DNA from: Amphiscolops sp. MND2022
Taxonomy: Eukaryota
DNA: 64,000 nucleotides
NCBI GenBank assembly: GCA_964187785.1
Contig: OZ076409.1
Location: 79,238,001 to 79,302,000, forward strand
Direction of reading: 5' to 3'
Shown: positions 1 through 13,860 of the stretch, in pieces
How the letters are laid out: each line of letters begins with the position of its first letter
Numbering within the stretch: position 1 is the stretch's first letter
The notes under the pieces: model-generated
The model's database searches: none
What the model was told of the DNA's origin: nothing
What the model saw: only the letters and a program-made list of their open reading frames with translations
Made by a program: the position numbers and the translations under genes

Positions 1-3000
1 ACTCTATTGCGTCGTAGCTGATAAGGTGCGGCTCGTGGGGGGTTTAGTTGTTCCGCTTGTCGTTGCTCTGGTGACGTGCTTTCCGCAATGTTGGGTAGTG
101 TCATTGCACGTTCCAAGGTTCTAGACTGAGCTCTGATTCTTACTCGGCCTCTTGATCTGGTATATGGTCTGCTAGTTCTTGTAAGGGCTTGACTTGATGA
201 AGTGACACTTCCTCTTCTACGACCTTGAGGTCTGCCTCTTGGTCTTCCTCTTCTATTTGTGATTCTCCCTGATGGTGGTAATGCTTCCATACTTTGCTTG
301 GGTTCTTGTATTTCCCTGTCAGTTCCTTCTTGGGGTTCAACTTCTTCGGCAAGTTCTAGTCCTACCGAGCTAGCAGCTCGAGAACTGAACAGTGGGAAAT
401 TGCTCAATGTGTCGGTTAAAGCTGGGTTCGATAGTAATGGTGCGGACGTTCCTGATGGTGAGGGTATCAGACTTGGTAGTGGTTTTGGCAAGACTTCTTC
501 TTGGTCTGAGTATAGCGGTTCCAAGTCATCGAGTTCGGGGTAAACAACTGGTTGTTGTTCTTCTTCAATGGGTTGATTCATGGATTCTCGGTCAGAGTCA
601 GATTCAGACGGATATCCGAAGTGACTAAATCGTCTACTTGGGATTCCTTGTTCCAAAGCAGATTGAGTGCGCGTCTGGATCGTGCGCGGTGGGACAGGCG
701 CGGTTGGTTCCATTTCGAACAATGCTTCCGGCAGCTGTTCTGGAAGGAATGAGTTACGGGATATGTCTGACGTTATCTCCTCATTGCTCTCTTCCACGTA
801 CGGATCTGCAATGATGGCGACATTCTGGTCCAACCCAGAGGGTTGATGTGCTGCCCAATCCCATGGTGCTGGCACATGCTTCTTCAGACGCTCAAAATGA
901 ACTTTTTGACCTGTATCTAGCACATATAATCTTCCATCTTGCAACACATCCGTGACCTTGTGAGGTCCACGCCAGGCACGCAGAAGTTTGCGGGTACCAC
1001 CCTTGGGAATTATATGGCAAAAAACCCAAACGGCATCACCCACGGCATGAGCTTTTGCCTTCAAATGTCTGTCGAACTTCTGTTTTTGTCGTACTTGCGC
1101 TTGATGAGTATTTCGGCGGACAAGCTCGTGCATTTCTTGTTGTCTAGCAAGTAGGTGCTCTACGAATTCTTCTTTGGATTCGAACTCTCGTGCTGCGAAT
1201 TCTGGGTATATGAATGAGAGCGGAATGGACTTTTCCGCGCCATGTTGGAGCATGTACGGGGAAAATCCTGTTGTTGCATGTCTGGTCGAATTGTAGGCAC
1301 CCAAGACTCCGTCTATGTGCTCATCCCAGTCAAGCATCCTGCGTGACGTGTAAACTCTGAGCAGGGTAAGCAACGTTCGGTTCTGGCGTTCCACTAGACC
1401 GTTGCCTCTCGGATGAGCTGGAGTAGACGTTACCTTGGTTACTTGCGAAGCTTTCATCAATTCTTGAGCAATTTCGGCAGTGAAATTGGTGGCGTTGTCA
1501 GACTGCATTCTGGCAGGAGTGCCATGTCTTGCGAACCATTTGTTTAGGATAATCTTTGCAGTCGTCTGTGCGTCATATTCATCGTGTGCACATGGGATTG
1601 CCTCTGCAAACTTGGTAAAATGGTCGATGATGACTAGCAATCCATTATTTCCTGACGTTGTCTTGCACAATTTCAAATGGTCAAATTGCACCAGATCATT
1701 AAAATTGCTGCTGTTGATACTCTGTAGGGGGTAACAGGGATTCCCAGCGGGATGCTTCGTCTGTTGGCATGTTAAGCAATGCTTAATATGATTGACGACA
1801 TCACGCTTGATGCCTGGCCAAGTGTGGCGCTCTTGTATCCTCGCCAATACTTTGCCAACGCCTTGGTGTCCTGATTCATCATGCGCTCTGTACAAGATTT
1901 CATGCTGGTAGAGCTGGGGCATGACAATCATACACGGTCGTACGTGCATCGCGCGTTGCTGCGGAATGTAATTGACACATAAAATGTCATTTTGGTTCAG
2001 GAACAGTAGGTCTTTTTTCTGATGAAAGTACCGTTTGGCAAAATCTTGCACATCCTCGGGGAACAAAGCGTCATCCAATGGCTCGTTCTTCATGAGCTTC
2101 TTCAGCGCTAGGAGGTGAACATCTCTGTTTTGAGCTAGATGTAAATCCTTCAGGCCACGCATCGTTGACTGGTGCTCGTGAAGTTCAGTTCCGACTAGCC
2201 TGAGGATATCAGCCTGTTCTTGACAGTGCGTTGGCAATCTACGCAACGCTGGGTCGCGTTGGGTGGTATCGAGACGTGCCGCTGGCACTTTGGTTGTTAC
2301 GCTAAGGATACAATTTGGTCTGTCATTTTCGGTTGATGTCGGGGTGGTTTCCCACTGTATCTGTGGATACCATGGTATGGAACTCAAAGACTGATCCGAG
2401 GTTGAATCTTCCTTCGGTCGCTTCTTCAAGATGTATAATACAGGGAGTTGTGCCCGAGCTTCTGGCGGAAGCTCCGGATGGTTCGGTATGAATTTTCCAT
2501 GTTTGTCAATATATGGCACAGTTGGGAGTTCTTCGTAGTCTTCCTGGGACATAAAGCTGAATCCCTTGCTCACTTCTGGTAGAGCTTCCACAATCTTCTC
2601 CCGATGCACGTAATCATTGGTCCTTTTGCTAAGACCGTCTGCATTTCGGTGTTGCGTGCGTGGTCTGTGGATCGTCTTGAAGTGATATTGGTCGAGGCGC
2701 GCAATCCAGCGTCCAATCATGGCCTGATTCATTGAATATGTCTTCAGCCACGAGAGAGCCTGGTTGTCCACGCGCAGCGTGAATTCTCGACCTGCAAGGT
2801 AGGAATGAAACTTCTCAATGAAATAGAAAACCGCATACATTTCCAGTTTCGGGGCGCCATAATTCAATTGTGTTCGAGTCAGCGACTTGCTACCATAAAC
2901 GATGGGACGAAGAATGGTTTTCCCATTGTATTCTTGTTCTTGGTGCAGTATGCCGGCTATAGCAACTGCACTGGCATCTGTGTCCAAAACAAAACGTCCT

Positions 3001-6000
3001 TCATCGTTTGGGGCTGCCAAAGCTGTGGCGTCAGCTAGTGCCTGTTTCACTGAATCAAACGCTTCTTGATGTCTTTCTTTCCAGTGGAAGTGTTGGTTCT
3101 TCCTTAACAACTCCTGCATAGGCTGTACTTTGGCAGCGTGAAAAGGAATGAAGTCTCGGTAGTAGTTCGCGAATCCAAGGAAGCTTTGTAGCTCTTCTCT
3201 ATTTCTTGGGGGCATCCACTCTTGGATTTTGCTTACGGCAGCCGGGTCTGGCTTTATGCCTTCGGCAGAGACTACTCTTCCAAGGTATTTGGTTTCAGTG
3301 CGCATGAAATCACATTTCTCGGCTCGCATCTTGAAACCGGCCTCTCTGAGACTTTCGAATACTTCTTTGATTCTTTCCAAATGATCTTCAATGGTCTCTG
3401 TCGCGATTACTATGTCGTCAATGTATGCCATGACAACACTTCCATGTCGTTGCTGGATTCTTTGTAGAGCTCGAGTGATGGATCGCTGAAAAGTGGCCGA
3501 TGCATTGCATAGCCCGAAGGGCATGCGTCGCCATTCAAACAGGCCAAGCTCGCACGCGAAGGCGGTTTTTCTGCGATCGCGCTTTTTCAGCGGGATCTGC
3601 CAAAAGGCCCACGCTAAGTCAATGCTCGTGAAGATTTTTGCATTGCCAATTCTCGAGAGGCTTTCGTCAATCCTGGGCAATGGAAATGCGTCCTTTACTG
3701 TTACATCATTTAGCGGGCGGAAGTCACAGCAAAAGCGAAGCTCGCCTGTTTTCTTTTTTACCATGACTATGCCACTGGCCCACGGAGAATAGGAGGGTTG
3801 TATCAGTCCAAGGGCCAGCAAATTTTGCACTTCCTGATTGGCTTTCGGTGCCTTATCAGGGGACATTCGCCTTGCTCCTTCTCGGTGTGGTATAGCCTCC
3901 GGCTCTAGCTCTATTCTGTGCTTTGCAATCTTACACCTACCTATGTCAGACTTATTTTTCATGAATAGATCTTCGTACTCATTTAAAATAGTCTCTAACT
4001 TGTCTCTCGCCTCTTCCCCCCATGAAGAAAAGACGGAAGAGAGGTCAGGGCCTGGGATTGCTTTTAGCAGTTGAGGATCTGTTCGCTTTCGCGTTTCACT
4101 CTCTGACCAATCTACCTCAGACGGTTCAGTCGAAGACAAGAAGTTTTGGGCAAAGGAACTAAATTCTGAACTAGTGTCCATGTCTATATCTTTATGCACT
4201 TGATTTACAAATTCCACTGAAAGCTTCGAATCATCACCTCTATTTTGCAAAGGAACAGAGTTCAATACAAAAGTGGTGAGCGCCGCTTTGCCAATTACAG
4301 TCTGTGCTTTGATCCTTACCCGTTCTTTGTCAAATTGATTTCGTAGGGCTACGAAAATCATACCCTCTGCTCCCACGGAGGTTAGTGTATCTTCTGAAAC
4401 AAAGACCGACTTGGATTTCATGTTACATGAGTGGACCATTACGTTACGAAAATGAAACTCATCGGGTTGTTGCGTGATGATTTTCGCGCGCACAATTTTC
4501 CTTTCGAATGGACCTAGGACTACTTCTTCGGCTGAAATGACAAATGATGGTTCGTGTTCACTTACCTCATGAACGGCTTTGAAGATTCTAGGCGTTTTGG
4601 GATCTCGGATGGTTACTTTCATTGCCGTTAGATCCACCAATACGTTGTACGTACGCAAGAAATTTCGACCCAAGAGGAAATCCTCTGAACCAATGTGATC
4701 TGCTATGACTACAAAGTTGGTCTTCAGAGTGTATCCGCCAAGTTGAAAGCTTACGTCTTCTGCGATACCAACGGTCGTGATGCTCTTGCCATTGGCAGCG
4801 AAGAGTTCAATATCATATGGCGACAAGTTCAACTCATGCGGGGATGCGATTTTCTTGTACGCACTCAAAGAAAGAATTGAGTCTCCCGAACCGGTGTCTA
4901 TCATGCTGAAGAGTGGTATCGGCTTTTGCAGAGGGGTTCCGAATGCAACGACTAGCGAGGCTCGCTCATCAATTTGTGCCTCTCCTTGTGCATCCTGCAC
5001 TCCAATGTTATAGCAACGTAGTTCTTGCCTGCCCAAATATAGGCCTTGCGGAAAGTGTCCTTCCAGGACAACAATCGCATCGAACCTCATGTCTACATCA
5101 TCAACCGTGATCGCTATGGGGACTGGTGCGATTGTCTTGACCTTCTGTATTGGGGCTAGCTTGGTCTCATCTCTTCTGGTGAAATGTGGCAAGGGTCTCG
5201 AAGCTATGGTGAGGTTGGTGTTGCGACAAAGTTCTTCTTTCAATTGAGCCAATGTAAGGTTGGGTCGTGCTCTCTGCTCTGCGGATAACAATAGATGAAT
5301 GGATATAAGCGTCTCCGTACAATCAGGCGCAGGGGCTTCAAGCGTTGTTAGGATCTGTTTCTCGCCGCAAGTCACAACCACTGGACGTGATGGGCCTCCT
5401 TCTTCCGAAGTCGAGATCACTCTTACTTGGTCCTCAGTGTCTCGAAAGTCCGTGGAGTTTGTGCCCGGGGCGTACCACGCCGCTTTCACTTGTTCTTCTG
5501 TTGCAACGTTGTCAGGCATCATACAATCAGATGCCACGTGGCCGGTGTGACCACAATTGACGCAAAATGCTGATGTTCCTTGTTCCGGTAGAGTTGCAGG
5601 CATTACATCATCATTCATGCCGCGTGGGTTCGATGGGCACACCCACTCACCGGCTAGGTTCGTGCGACATGAGTTGACTGCTTGTTGTACTGGTTTCCGT
5701 GCTCGATCCTTCAAAGGACAATCGGCTACAAAATGCGAGGGGTCTCCGCAGTTGAAGCATGTTCGCTGCGGTTGTTGTCTGAAAGCCGCAGGTTGTTGTG
5801 GGAGGTGCTGGGCAGCAGGCGCTTGCGGGGCCGGTGCCTGCATCTGGTTTTGTTGGTTTGCTGCGACAGGCGGCTGTTGTTGTTGTTGCTGTGGTGCAGG
5901 ATAATTTTCCAAACGGGCTGAACCACGCATGCGCAGGTACTGTTGTACCGTGAATCGTAGGGCTTCTACCGTTGGGGGTGTGTCCTTATACTGTTCTTGC

Positions 6001-6425
6001 GCATACATGAGTGCGAGGTTGCGCTTCAATTCGAAGCTGCGTACACCTTCGATAAATCTTTGCATGATTTTGTAGCGTCTTACCGCAACTTCCTCGTTGG
6101 GAAAACCTTGGCTGCGCAAACCTTCCAATGCATCCAGATATTGCATGTAATCCTCATCTGGAGACTGATTACGTGTGCGGAACTGTTGTTGTATTTGGAT
6201 CTTGTTAGACCCGGTTCCAAATCTTCGTGCTAGCAGCGCGAAGACTTTTTCATCAGTATCGCGTTCCGCTTCAGATTTGTTCGTGATGTAGTCCCGTGCC
6301 TCGTTTTCTAAGAATTCCACAATAGTCCATGCCTTGTCCAATGGAGTGTCTTTCGCATGGGCTTTCTGAAGATATCGCTTCATCAACATCAGCCAACCAT
6401 CTACTTTTCCGTCACGTGTGCCACG
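1..6425 (-). CDS. pol: Gag(CA/NC)-Pol polyprotein of element A, open to window edge
   Basis: Manual translation, all in the frame of the 587-aa ORF: zinc knuckle CFNCGDPSHFVADC (~5730-5770), protease MIDTGSG (~4890-4905), RT MPFGL and MAYIDD (3411-3431), RNase H VLDTDAS, integrase HDESGH..CLTC, VQFDH, QSDN, LVERQN. Absent from the ORF track, consistent with no stop before position 1. Confidence 0.93.
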
Positions 6426-8153
6426 CTACTTGGTTGGTTTATTTTTGGTTTCTTTCGCCGCTAGCAATGGTTCCAGGCCTTTGGACATCGCTGTTGTTAT
6501 CGCTTCTGCTAGCGTTTGACTATATATGGGGTTTGGAGTGCTATCTTTAGCAGGTTCTACCACTGTTGCTGTGTTCAAGTTTCTTCTTGAAGTTGCCTTC
6601 CTCTGCGTGCTCGAGGCTAACGGCCGTAGTTGATCGTTACCGTAGGAGAGTGCTGGGCGTTCTGTGCCAAGCATTGATGAGACGGCAGTTTGATATTCAG
6701 TGTTTCCCGATGCTGTCTTTATGTCATTGGGCATTTGGCTACTGACTGCCGAGTAGTAGTCTCCTGTTGTGGAGGCACCTCTGGCATAGGGATCGAATGA
6801 AGGAGGGCCAGATATATCACAGTGTTGCACTTCAGTACGATTGGCTGTCGAAACTTGGGTTTTCACGGGCACCTTCTTGTACATTGCTGGTGGTTGCAAT
6901 TTTGGTTGTTTCGTTTGATCAGTTTTCGTCACACTTTGGCGTTGGGCAATTTCTCGATAGGTGGGATGCTGGGTATGAAACGCACTTGTTGATGGTACAT
7001 CCGCAGAATTTAGTGCCACCGGCACAGGTGAAGGACGGTTTGGTACCGTCGCTACCACTGTTTTCACCCCTAGGGTTAAGTCTTGGACCGTAGTCATAAG
7101 GTCCACTATGCGTTTGTCGACGTCTAAGTCTCTGCGGTGCATCATTTCGGACATATGCTTCAGGCGCTCATCTGCTTGGTGATCCCTTTGCATCATTATT
7201 GCCGTCATTTCCGATATGCGTTTCTCAGTCAGGTCTTTGATGGATCCCATGGACGCTTCTATTTTGCCCTGGTTGACACGTCCTTCCATCTTTATCTCGT
7301 TTACTTCCTTTCGCAACGTTTCCATTTCCATCACTAGGGTTTCCGCCTGCCGGACATGGTTATTATTCTCCTGGGCCAGCTTTACTTGGACTTGTTTCAA
7401 TTGTTCCATGTTGCGTCCAAAATCTTCCCTCATGGCCTCAGTCTCCTTGATGCCTCTGGCAATCGTCGAATTCGGGGATGCCACACTGCCGGCATCAGAG
7501 TGTTGGGACGTTGTCGTGCGTTCCAGTTGCAAGGTGCTGGGATTCATCAGTGGTGGTGTAGTTAAGGCATAATTCGGGAGAGCCACTTCTTTTCTGGTCT
7601 TCCGCTTTCCCAGTTGGGTTCCTGACGGAACCACAGCAGTGTCTTCCAATGCGTCTCCTTTAGTGCCAAATGCTGGTGCTCCGGAATCCAGTGGGTCTAC
7701 ACTCGTGCCCAAGTGGGGTGTGATTTCTCCCAAAGTCATGCCCACGTTCATATTCTCGACCCATTTACTGATGTCCGAGCTAGTAGCTAGTTCTCTATTC
7801 GAGTTCGGCCAGTCCCCGGTCATGATCACGGAGGTGTTCAGAGGAGGCCACACATTATTACGGTTCATGGGAGTCTCATTGGCAAGTTCAGCGCTGTCCG
7901 AAGACGCTTGCGAGGAACTTTGCTGGCTTGATTGTGCGATTCGCGAATTTTGCTCAACGTTAGACAGGTTATCTGACATGAGGTTGTCTAAAAATATGTC
8001 GGCGATCACATCCGGCGTTGCTATTTCGGCTTGTGTACTAAGCGTACTTAACTCTTCTATGTCTCTCGCAAATGGGTTGGTGGCATGAAAGCCATCTGAC
8101 TCCCAAGATGCTTCATTCAAGTGTATCAAATACTCCCATTCGCTCAAACTCAT
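6426..8153 (-). CDS. gag: Gag N-terminal portion of element A (coiled-coil/low complexity), ends at in-frame TAG
   Basis: 587-aa ORF in track; first ATG at 8153. Ends KNKPTK* and continues in frame as RGTRDGKVDGWLMLMKRYL (capsid-like). Confidence 0.8.
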   Translation of the reverse strand: MSLSEWEYLIHLNEASWESDGFHATNPFARDIEELSTLSTQAEIATPDVIADIFLDNLMSDNLSNVEQNSRIAQSSQQSSSQASSDSAELANETPMNRNNVWPPLNTSVIMTGDWPNSNRELATSSDISKWVENMNVGMTLGEITPHLGTSVDPLDSGAPAFGTKGDALEDTAVVPSGTQLGKRKTRKEVALPNYALTTPPLMNPSTLQLERTTTSQHSDAGSVASPNSTIARGIKETEAMREDFGRNMEQLKQVQVKLAQENNNHVRQAETLVMEMETLRKEVNEIKMEGRVNQGKIEASMGSIKDLTEKRISEMTAIMMQRDHQADERLKHMSEMMHRRDLDVDKRIVDLMTTVQDLTLGVKTVVATVPNRPSPVPVALNSADVPSTSAFHTQHPTYREIAQRQSVTKTDQTKQPKLQPPAMYKKVPVKTQVSTANRTEVQHCDISGPPSFDPYARGASTTGDYYSAVSSQMPNDIKTASGNTEYQTAVSSMLGTERPALSYGNDQLRPLASSTQRKATSRRNLNTATVVEPAKDSTPNPIYSQTLAEAITTAMSKGLEPLLAAKETKNKPTK

Positions 8154-8380
8154 TTCGCTTGCTTGATTTCTTGCGTTTCTATTGAGCAAAACTTTTCTCT
8201 GGTCCTTCGCTCACTCCTTCCCCTCAACAAATGAGATCGAAGTCAACTTAAATTGGAAGTTGTGGTGTCACTTCCTCAAGAGTTTTAACTAAACTATTTT
8301 ACTATTAAGTTTCTGAGCTTGTAGCTTGTGCCTGCCCTCTAGGTTCTAAGTCAAGATTAGCTGGCTTTTACAAACTTCAG

Positions 8381-8440
8381 ACTCAAGGTTACATATACTA
8401 ACTCAAAATTACATGCACTAACTCAAGATTACATGCACTG
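8381..8440. repeat. 3 x 20-bp tandem repeat in element A leader
   Basis: actcaaggttacatatacta / actcaaaattacatgcacta / actcaagattacatgcactg. Confidence 0.7.
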
Positions 8441-11400
8441 GTGCTAATCACCACTAATCAAAACAGAAAGGTTTGCTTCCCCACTAACTGGAGATAGATA
8501 TTCTACAAAAGTCAGTAAATAAAGTTTTTTTTTGTGATGTCCTACTTAAGGATGCTAAAGCTAATTCACACTAAGCTACACTCGATCCAGCCGCAGGCTA
8601 GGCGATTGGAATAAACAGAAAAGGTTTTGGTACGCTAGCGGAGTTTTTCGGAGACTTATTCAAGAAATCACCACTCAGCACTCTTTGAACGTACTCTTTA
8701 TTACTCGCGCTGCCCGTCAATTGGAGAGCACAGGTAGGATTGCTGCAAATAGGGAACTCGGGGATAGACCTTGGGGGTGAGTAGGTGCTAGGAGACTAAC
8801 AAACAAGAGAGTTTTACTAATCTGATCATTATAAGATCAATGGAAACACAGTTCTTCACACTTTCTGGTGCTACTGTACTTAATGTACTTTGGCGAGACG
8901 CGGCGCGTCCTAAGTCTAAGTCTCGTGGGAAACTCCTAAATGCGTCCTGGTTCTCACACTATGCTTCGTATTCGAAGTATGCGTGGCTACAACTATCAGT
9001 TCGCACTTAGGTGACTCTGGTGGCTGTTAACTGAGAAAACACGATTTTGGTGTTTTTCGCTTCTACGTCTCGTTGACAATCTTTCCACGAACCCAAAATG
9101 TTAGGGTTGAGCTAGCTCTATTCCAATTGCTTCAACAGGATGTGCTATGGGCGAGTGGTGCTGAACTAGGGTTGTTTGAGTCCTCACTTGCAACTTTACC
9201 TACGAAAGGTATGCTATTTTTTGCAAAAATTCCCAAAATCAGCGACTTTTTCGTCAATACGCACGCCTGGAACAGGTGAAAATCACTTCTAGAGCTAGTA
9301 GCGACCTGAAAATTTAACACGGTATATTACTGTGGCCAAATCGTGGGAGAATCACCACCGATTGCGCTAAAATTGTTTGCACGTGACTTGGGGTCGCTCA
9401 ACAATGTTATTGCAAAATCCTACAATGTTGTGAAATTCACACAAGTCTGTCAAACTCGCTTTCTAGGCTTCCTGGCTACCTGAAATTTTGTATGCGAGCG
9501 TGAATTATGCCCACGTAACAGAAAAATAAGTCAGCGGGGTGTCCAGATCAATATTCCGCAATCCGAGTCGACAAAACTATGATGTACCCTGTATGTCACT
9601 TTCAGGGGTTAAAATTCACAAAATTGTCAGTTTCTCTAAGTTGGCCAGTAGCAAGCTGCTCAAAATGCACAAATCGTCGGGATCTAGTGCCGTATGTACG
9701 AAAATGCAAGAATTTTAGTGCTGGGATACCTGCAAGGTATTGCACTATGCTCAACTAAAATTCAATTTTTTCGACATTTTCGGATCATTTTTGAGCAAAA
9801 CTGCGGCTAAGATTTCTCGATCACTAGTAATGGTAGCGCTACGAAAATTACACCACTAACGTAACTTTTTGCGGTCTACACGATGGTGCTATCCGTTCTG
9901 GGCTACTCCTACCAGGAGAGATTTCGACCTATCTTGGGTACACTACTCCAGTGTTCCGAAAATGTCACAAAAATAACACGTTTTTGGCTATTTCTCGGCA
10001 ACTACTGGTTGGAATCACTCGCGGTTTTCTGCGTTTGCAACATTATACTCTGTACTAACAGAAAATAGGCCAGCAAAACCTGGCAGGTTCCAAATAAGGT
10101 CTCTTAAAATAAACTTTAAGTTGCACCTTTGACACTCTCGGAACAGTACTGAAAATACGTATTTTCACCAAGAAATTTTTATTTCTTTGTTCTCAAACGT
10201 TCCGAATGGTTCTAATAGTAGTGTTAGAAGGTGTAACAACTTTATTTAGGGGAATGGGGTTGTTTCAATTATTAGTTTTGATGTTATAACTCTCAGGTCT
10301 ATGGAGTCCTCCACTCAGGTCTATGCATATCAAAGAAATTCAAGGGTTAAAGTTTCAATTTTTATTGGGGGATGCTAAAAATTGTCTTGGCAGTAGTGTT
10401 TCGTACTACCAAGCTCGGGAATAATGTTTTTGGGCTGATCTAAAAGCTTGGGAACAAACGCCCAAGGCTTCGCCCTCACCAAATTTGGTATTTTTGGCCA
10501 AATTTGATGTTTTTTCGACAAAAATCGCTAAATTTCTCGATGTTTCAACTATTTAGCCCAGCAAATTTTTCTGTTCCTGACCTGGCAGGTCTGATGGAAC
10601 GTTTTTCATGTATTCCCTCTGGCCGTACTCTTTTCTACAAAATTTCGACTTTCAAAATCTGTAAAATCACTATTTGAGCCTTATTTTACATTATTTTTCA
10701 GGTTTTCGCGCTCAAATTTTCAATCAACTGGTTCAAACACCCTCAGGGTATTCTTTCCAGTTAATTTTAGTGGGAATAGGCCTGGGAATATGCTTTTTGG
10801 GCTTCTAAACTAAGAAAAGAAGGGATTTCACCCGATTGTCGTGGGTATACTGCAATCACGGGGGTGACGGAGGTGCGATGACGCAGGGGTTCACCTACTG
10901 TCGTCAGCTAGCTGGGGCCTTCAGTGCTCGTCCTCCTGGTCCCTATACATTGCAATTAAGCTGAAACAAGGCTAGAAGACCCTTTAAAACACAATCCGGT
11001 GAAGCCGGATGGTTACTTTCGACAATCAGAAACGGTATGGAAACGGTACTCTGTAATCACACGGTTATTTCTCATTCCAGACCCCGGAAACATGCAGGAA
11101 ACACAGGAAAAACACTAGTACAAGGCCCAGAGGGCTAGCATAAGGCAATAAAAACAATCTAGGACCCACCAGAAGAATTTCCTAGATCCGAACCTAGCAG
11201 CGCCGGAAAGCAGGAAAAACTCCAATTATGGCGAAAAGATGGAAAAAATGTCCCTTGTGGGGCGCCATAAAAACTATCCTAGATGTAACGTCAAGCTAGC
11301 AGCTACATTCCAGAACTGGGACAATGCCCAGGTTGCCTTAACAAGGGACCAATGTCTTATAACAACCTAAACATTAGTTTTTGGTCCCAAATAGTCTCTG

Positions 11401-12859
11401 CAGGGACTTTTCCAAGACGCCGAGGAGACTCCTCATATTAGAGCTCCGTGGCGACGTGCCGGCACACTCAAAGTCCGGACACGTCCCACAAGCACGTAAA
11501 AACGGTCCTAAAGGCTTCCTGCGATCCTACATACCTCCGAGGTCCGAAAACTGGGGTTTTAGTCCATACTCATTTTATTGGGGAAACATTCTCTAAAGTA
11601 CCAATTACAGGGATCTAGCAGATCCAGTATCACCACACATCTGTAAATCAATATTAACAACATCAGAGATAATCAAAATAAACACTTCTGACATATTTCC
11701 ACTGATTCTGCGGTTTTCTTCATGTTCTTCAAGCATGGGATATCTGGATTCTGGATCATTTCCTCATTTGAAACCTGCAAATACTGGGTGAGATGACACA
11801 ATTCCGGGTTTTTCCGTGTCTATTCATGGTGGGGCGTCTCTTCTCTTCCTCTCCTGGGTCGGGGGCGTGTGGGTTGGGGCTTCTTGGGAGGGTTTTTTGT
11901 TCTTCTGTACGTCCTTTTTGATTTCAACGACCTGCTAGGTCGGCCATTTTGATTCGCACCTTTTCGACTTTTTGAACGAAATTTTGGTACTTTACTGGTG
12001 GACGTTACATAAGTATGTCACCTGAAATTAATATTACTGAATATTAATGCTCTAAGGTCGTAAACTTGTCTTTTGAGTTCTGGTCGTGTCTTGGTCTGCT
12101 CGGAAAAAAATACGCCTCTTGTTTTTCATTTGTTTCTATCAATATTTATGTGGGCTAGTTTCTCTGCTTTGGCGCTGTAAATAAGATGAACAATAATAAA
12201 AGTCAATTTAGATATCCAAATCTTTCATGAGCGTTTCTTTTAGTTTTTGCTGAGAAGTTATTAAATAAATTTTTCAGTTTCTTAGTCATTAAAAATACAA
12301 ATTGATGAGTTTCATGACACTAATGAAATCTCTGCAACTTTTTCCTTGTATTTTAAGTTTTTGTAATGAATTTTTTGAATGTTGGAGCTGTAACTTGTGT
12401 TTACCATAGGTGTTTGCTTAGCAATGAAAAATTTGTTGAGCAAGACTTGTTTTCGGAAACTTGTTTAAATTATTTATTCCGTGGAAAAAAACAAGTTAGC
12501 GACCCAACGTTGGAACATTGAACCAATCCAAAAGAATTATAATCATCAGAGCAAGAAATTAAATGTTTAAATTTGCCTTATCCGAAAAACCAAAGATGAA
12601 CAAAGCTTGGGGTATGTGTTTCATCTATCAGTCTAGGCAAACTTCAAGGATAGAAAAAGGTACACTTGTTGAAGCAACGGAAAGCGATATACATTGACTA
12701 AAGGTATACGGTTTTATACCACCACCTATGAAGGCATAAATTCAAATGAATATTAAAATGACGTTTCTCTGGACAAGCGGACACAATTTCCACTCAGTAA
12801 GGGATAGTTACAGGTTGTGAACTACTACCACATTTTAGGATAATATCAAGTATTTTGCC

Positions 12860-13860
12860 ATCGTAGGCCGCAGCCCGTGACACATGCTTTTAGTCAACGC
12901 AGCCCGACTCTTACGGTGGCTAGTTTTTTTAGTCGGCGCATTTTCCTTAAGGAAAAAGCCTGACTTTTACAGTGGCTAGGACTTTTAGTCGACGCATTTT
13001 CCTCCAAGGCAAAAGCCCGACTATTATAGTAGCTAGTTTTTTTTCGTCAGATAACAGAGCTCACCCTGACCACTTTTTAGTACAGAGGTTAATCAGTTTA
13101 GCGGGAACCTAGCGGTTCGAGTCCCTGCTTCAGCAAGAAACTTTCTCGTGTATTTGCGAAACCGGACGAGACCCCAATTAAATTTTTTCGGCACTGTGAG
13201 ACTTTTTTCCAAAAGGTTTCCAAAGGGTCCCTTTTCAGTTTTTTTTTGATATTTCGCAACAAACTGGAGTTTCAAAGAGCCAAAAGGGTCCCCCATTTAC
13301 ATTTTTTGGCATTGGGAGATTTTTCAAAATGATTACTTTCTGTCTTAAAATATGTTTTCCTTGTGGTCCACCTCGCTATATCCGAACTTTTGACGCTACA
13401 TCTAAAGTAAGTAGCGTTTCATTGAAGGGGTGGTCGAGATGCGCAAATATTGCGCTATAACAGAATTTTGACGTTATATCCGAAGTGAACTGAGTTCTGC
13501 TAAAGAGGAGGCGGACGTTGCGCTATATCGAAAATACTGCGTTTGTTTTTTATTTCAAGACTGACTTTTTTCTAACTCGTTTTCATTGAAGCCCCCTCGC
13601 TTTGGACTAGAAACGAACCGTTTTGCGAGCATAGAGGATTCCTTAGGGTTTTGGGCACTATGCGACTTTTTCCAAAAGGAAAAAAATGATTTTCTTTCAA
13701 AAAAGGATTTTTGTTGTTTCCAGTTGGGGAAAATGTTTTTTTTTTCGAGTCTCACGTGTATCCCTTTGGGTATGTTTTGGCACTGTAATATTGATGAAAT
13801 GTTGCCAATAGTGTCCTGTCAATAGCACCTTGAGTGGGGCGCCAACCTGGGCCGACGGCT
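12860..13860. repeat. Dispersed degenerate repeat built of ttttcggcactgtgagacttttt-type units
   Basis: Units at ~13185, ~13303, ~13650. The reverse complement recurs at ~32940-33265. Confidence 0.55.

Larger units (their letters stand above)
1..8991 (-). mobile_element. Ty3/Gypsy LTR retrotransposon A (3' end outside window)
   Basis: Single-frame gag-pol with PR-RT-RH-IN order. Candidate 5' LTR start TGTAGCCACG at 8991 (minus) with AATAAA at ~8697-8702. LTR end and PBS not identified. Confidence 0.9.

Noticed and set aside
259..8088. Many plus-strand ORFs over element A
   Set aside because: Antisense shadows of gag-pol with no motifs or coherent splice structure.
11284..12009. Solo LTR defined by a 9-bp inverted repeat
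   Set aside because: Flanks (CTAGA / TAAGT) form no TSD.
12860..13500. CRISPR-like reading of short spaced repeats
   Set aside because: Repeats are degenerate and irregularly spaced, the context is eukaryotic and no cas genes are present.
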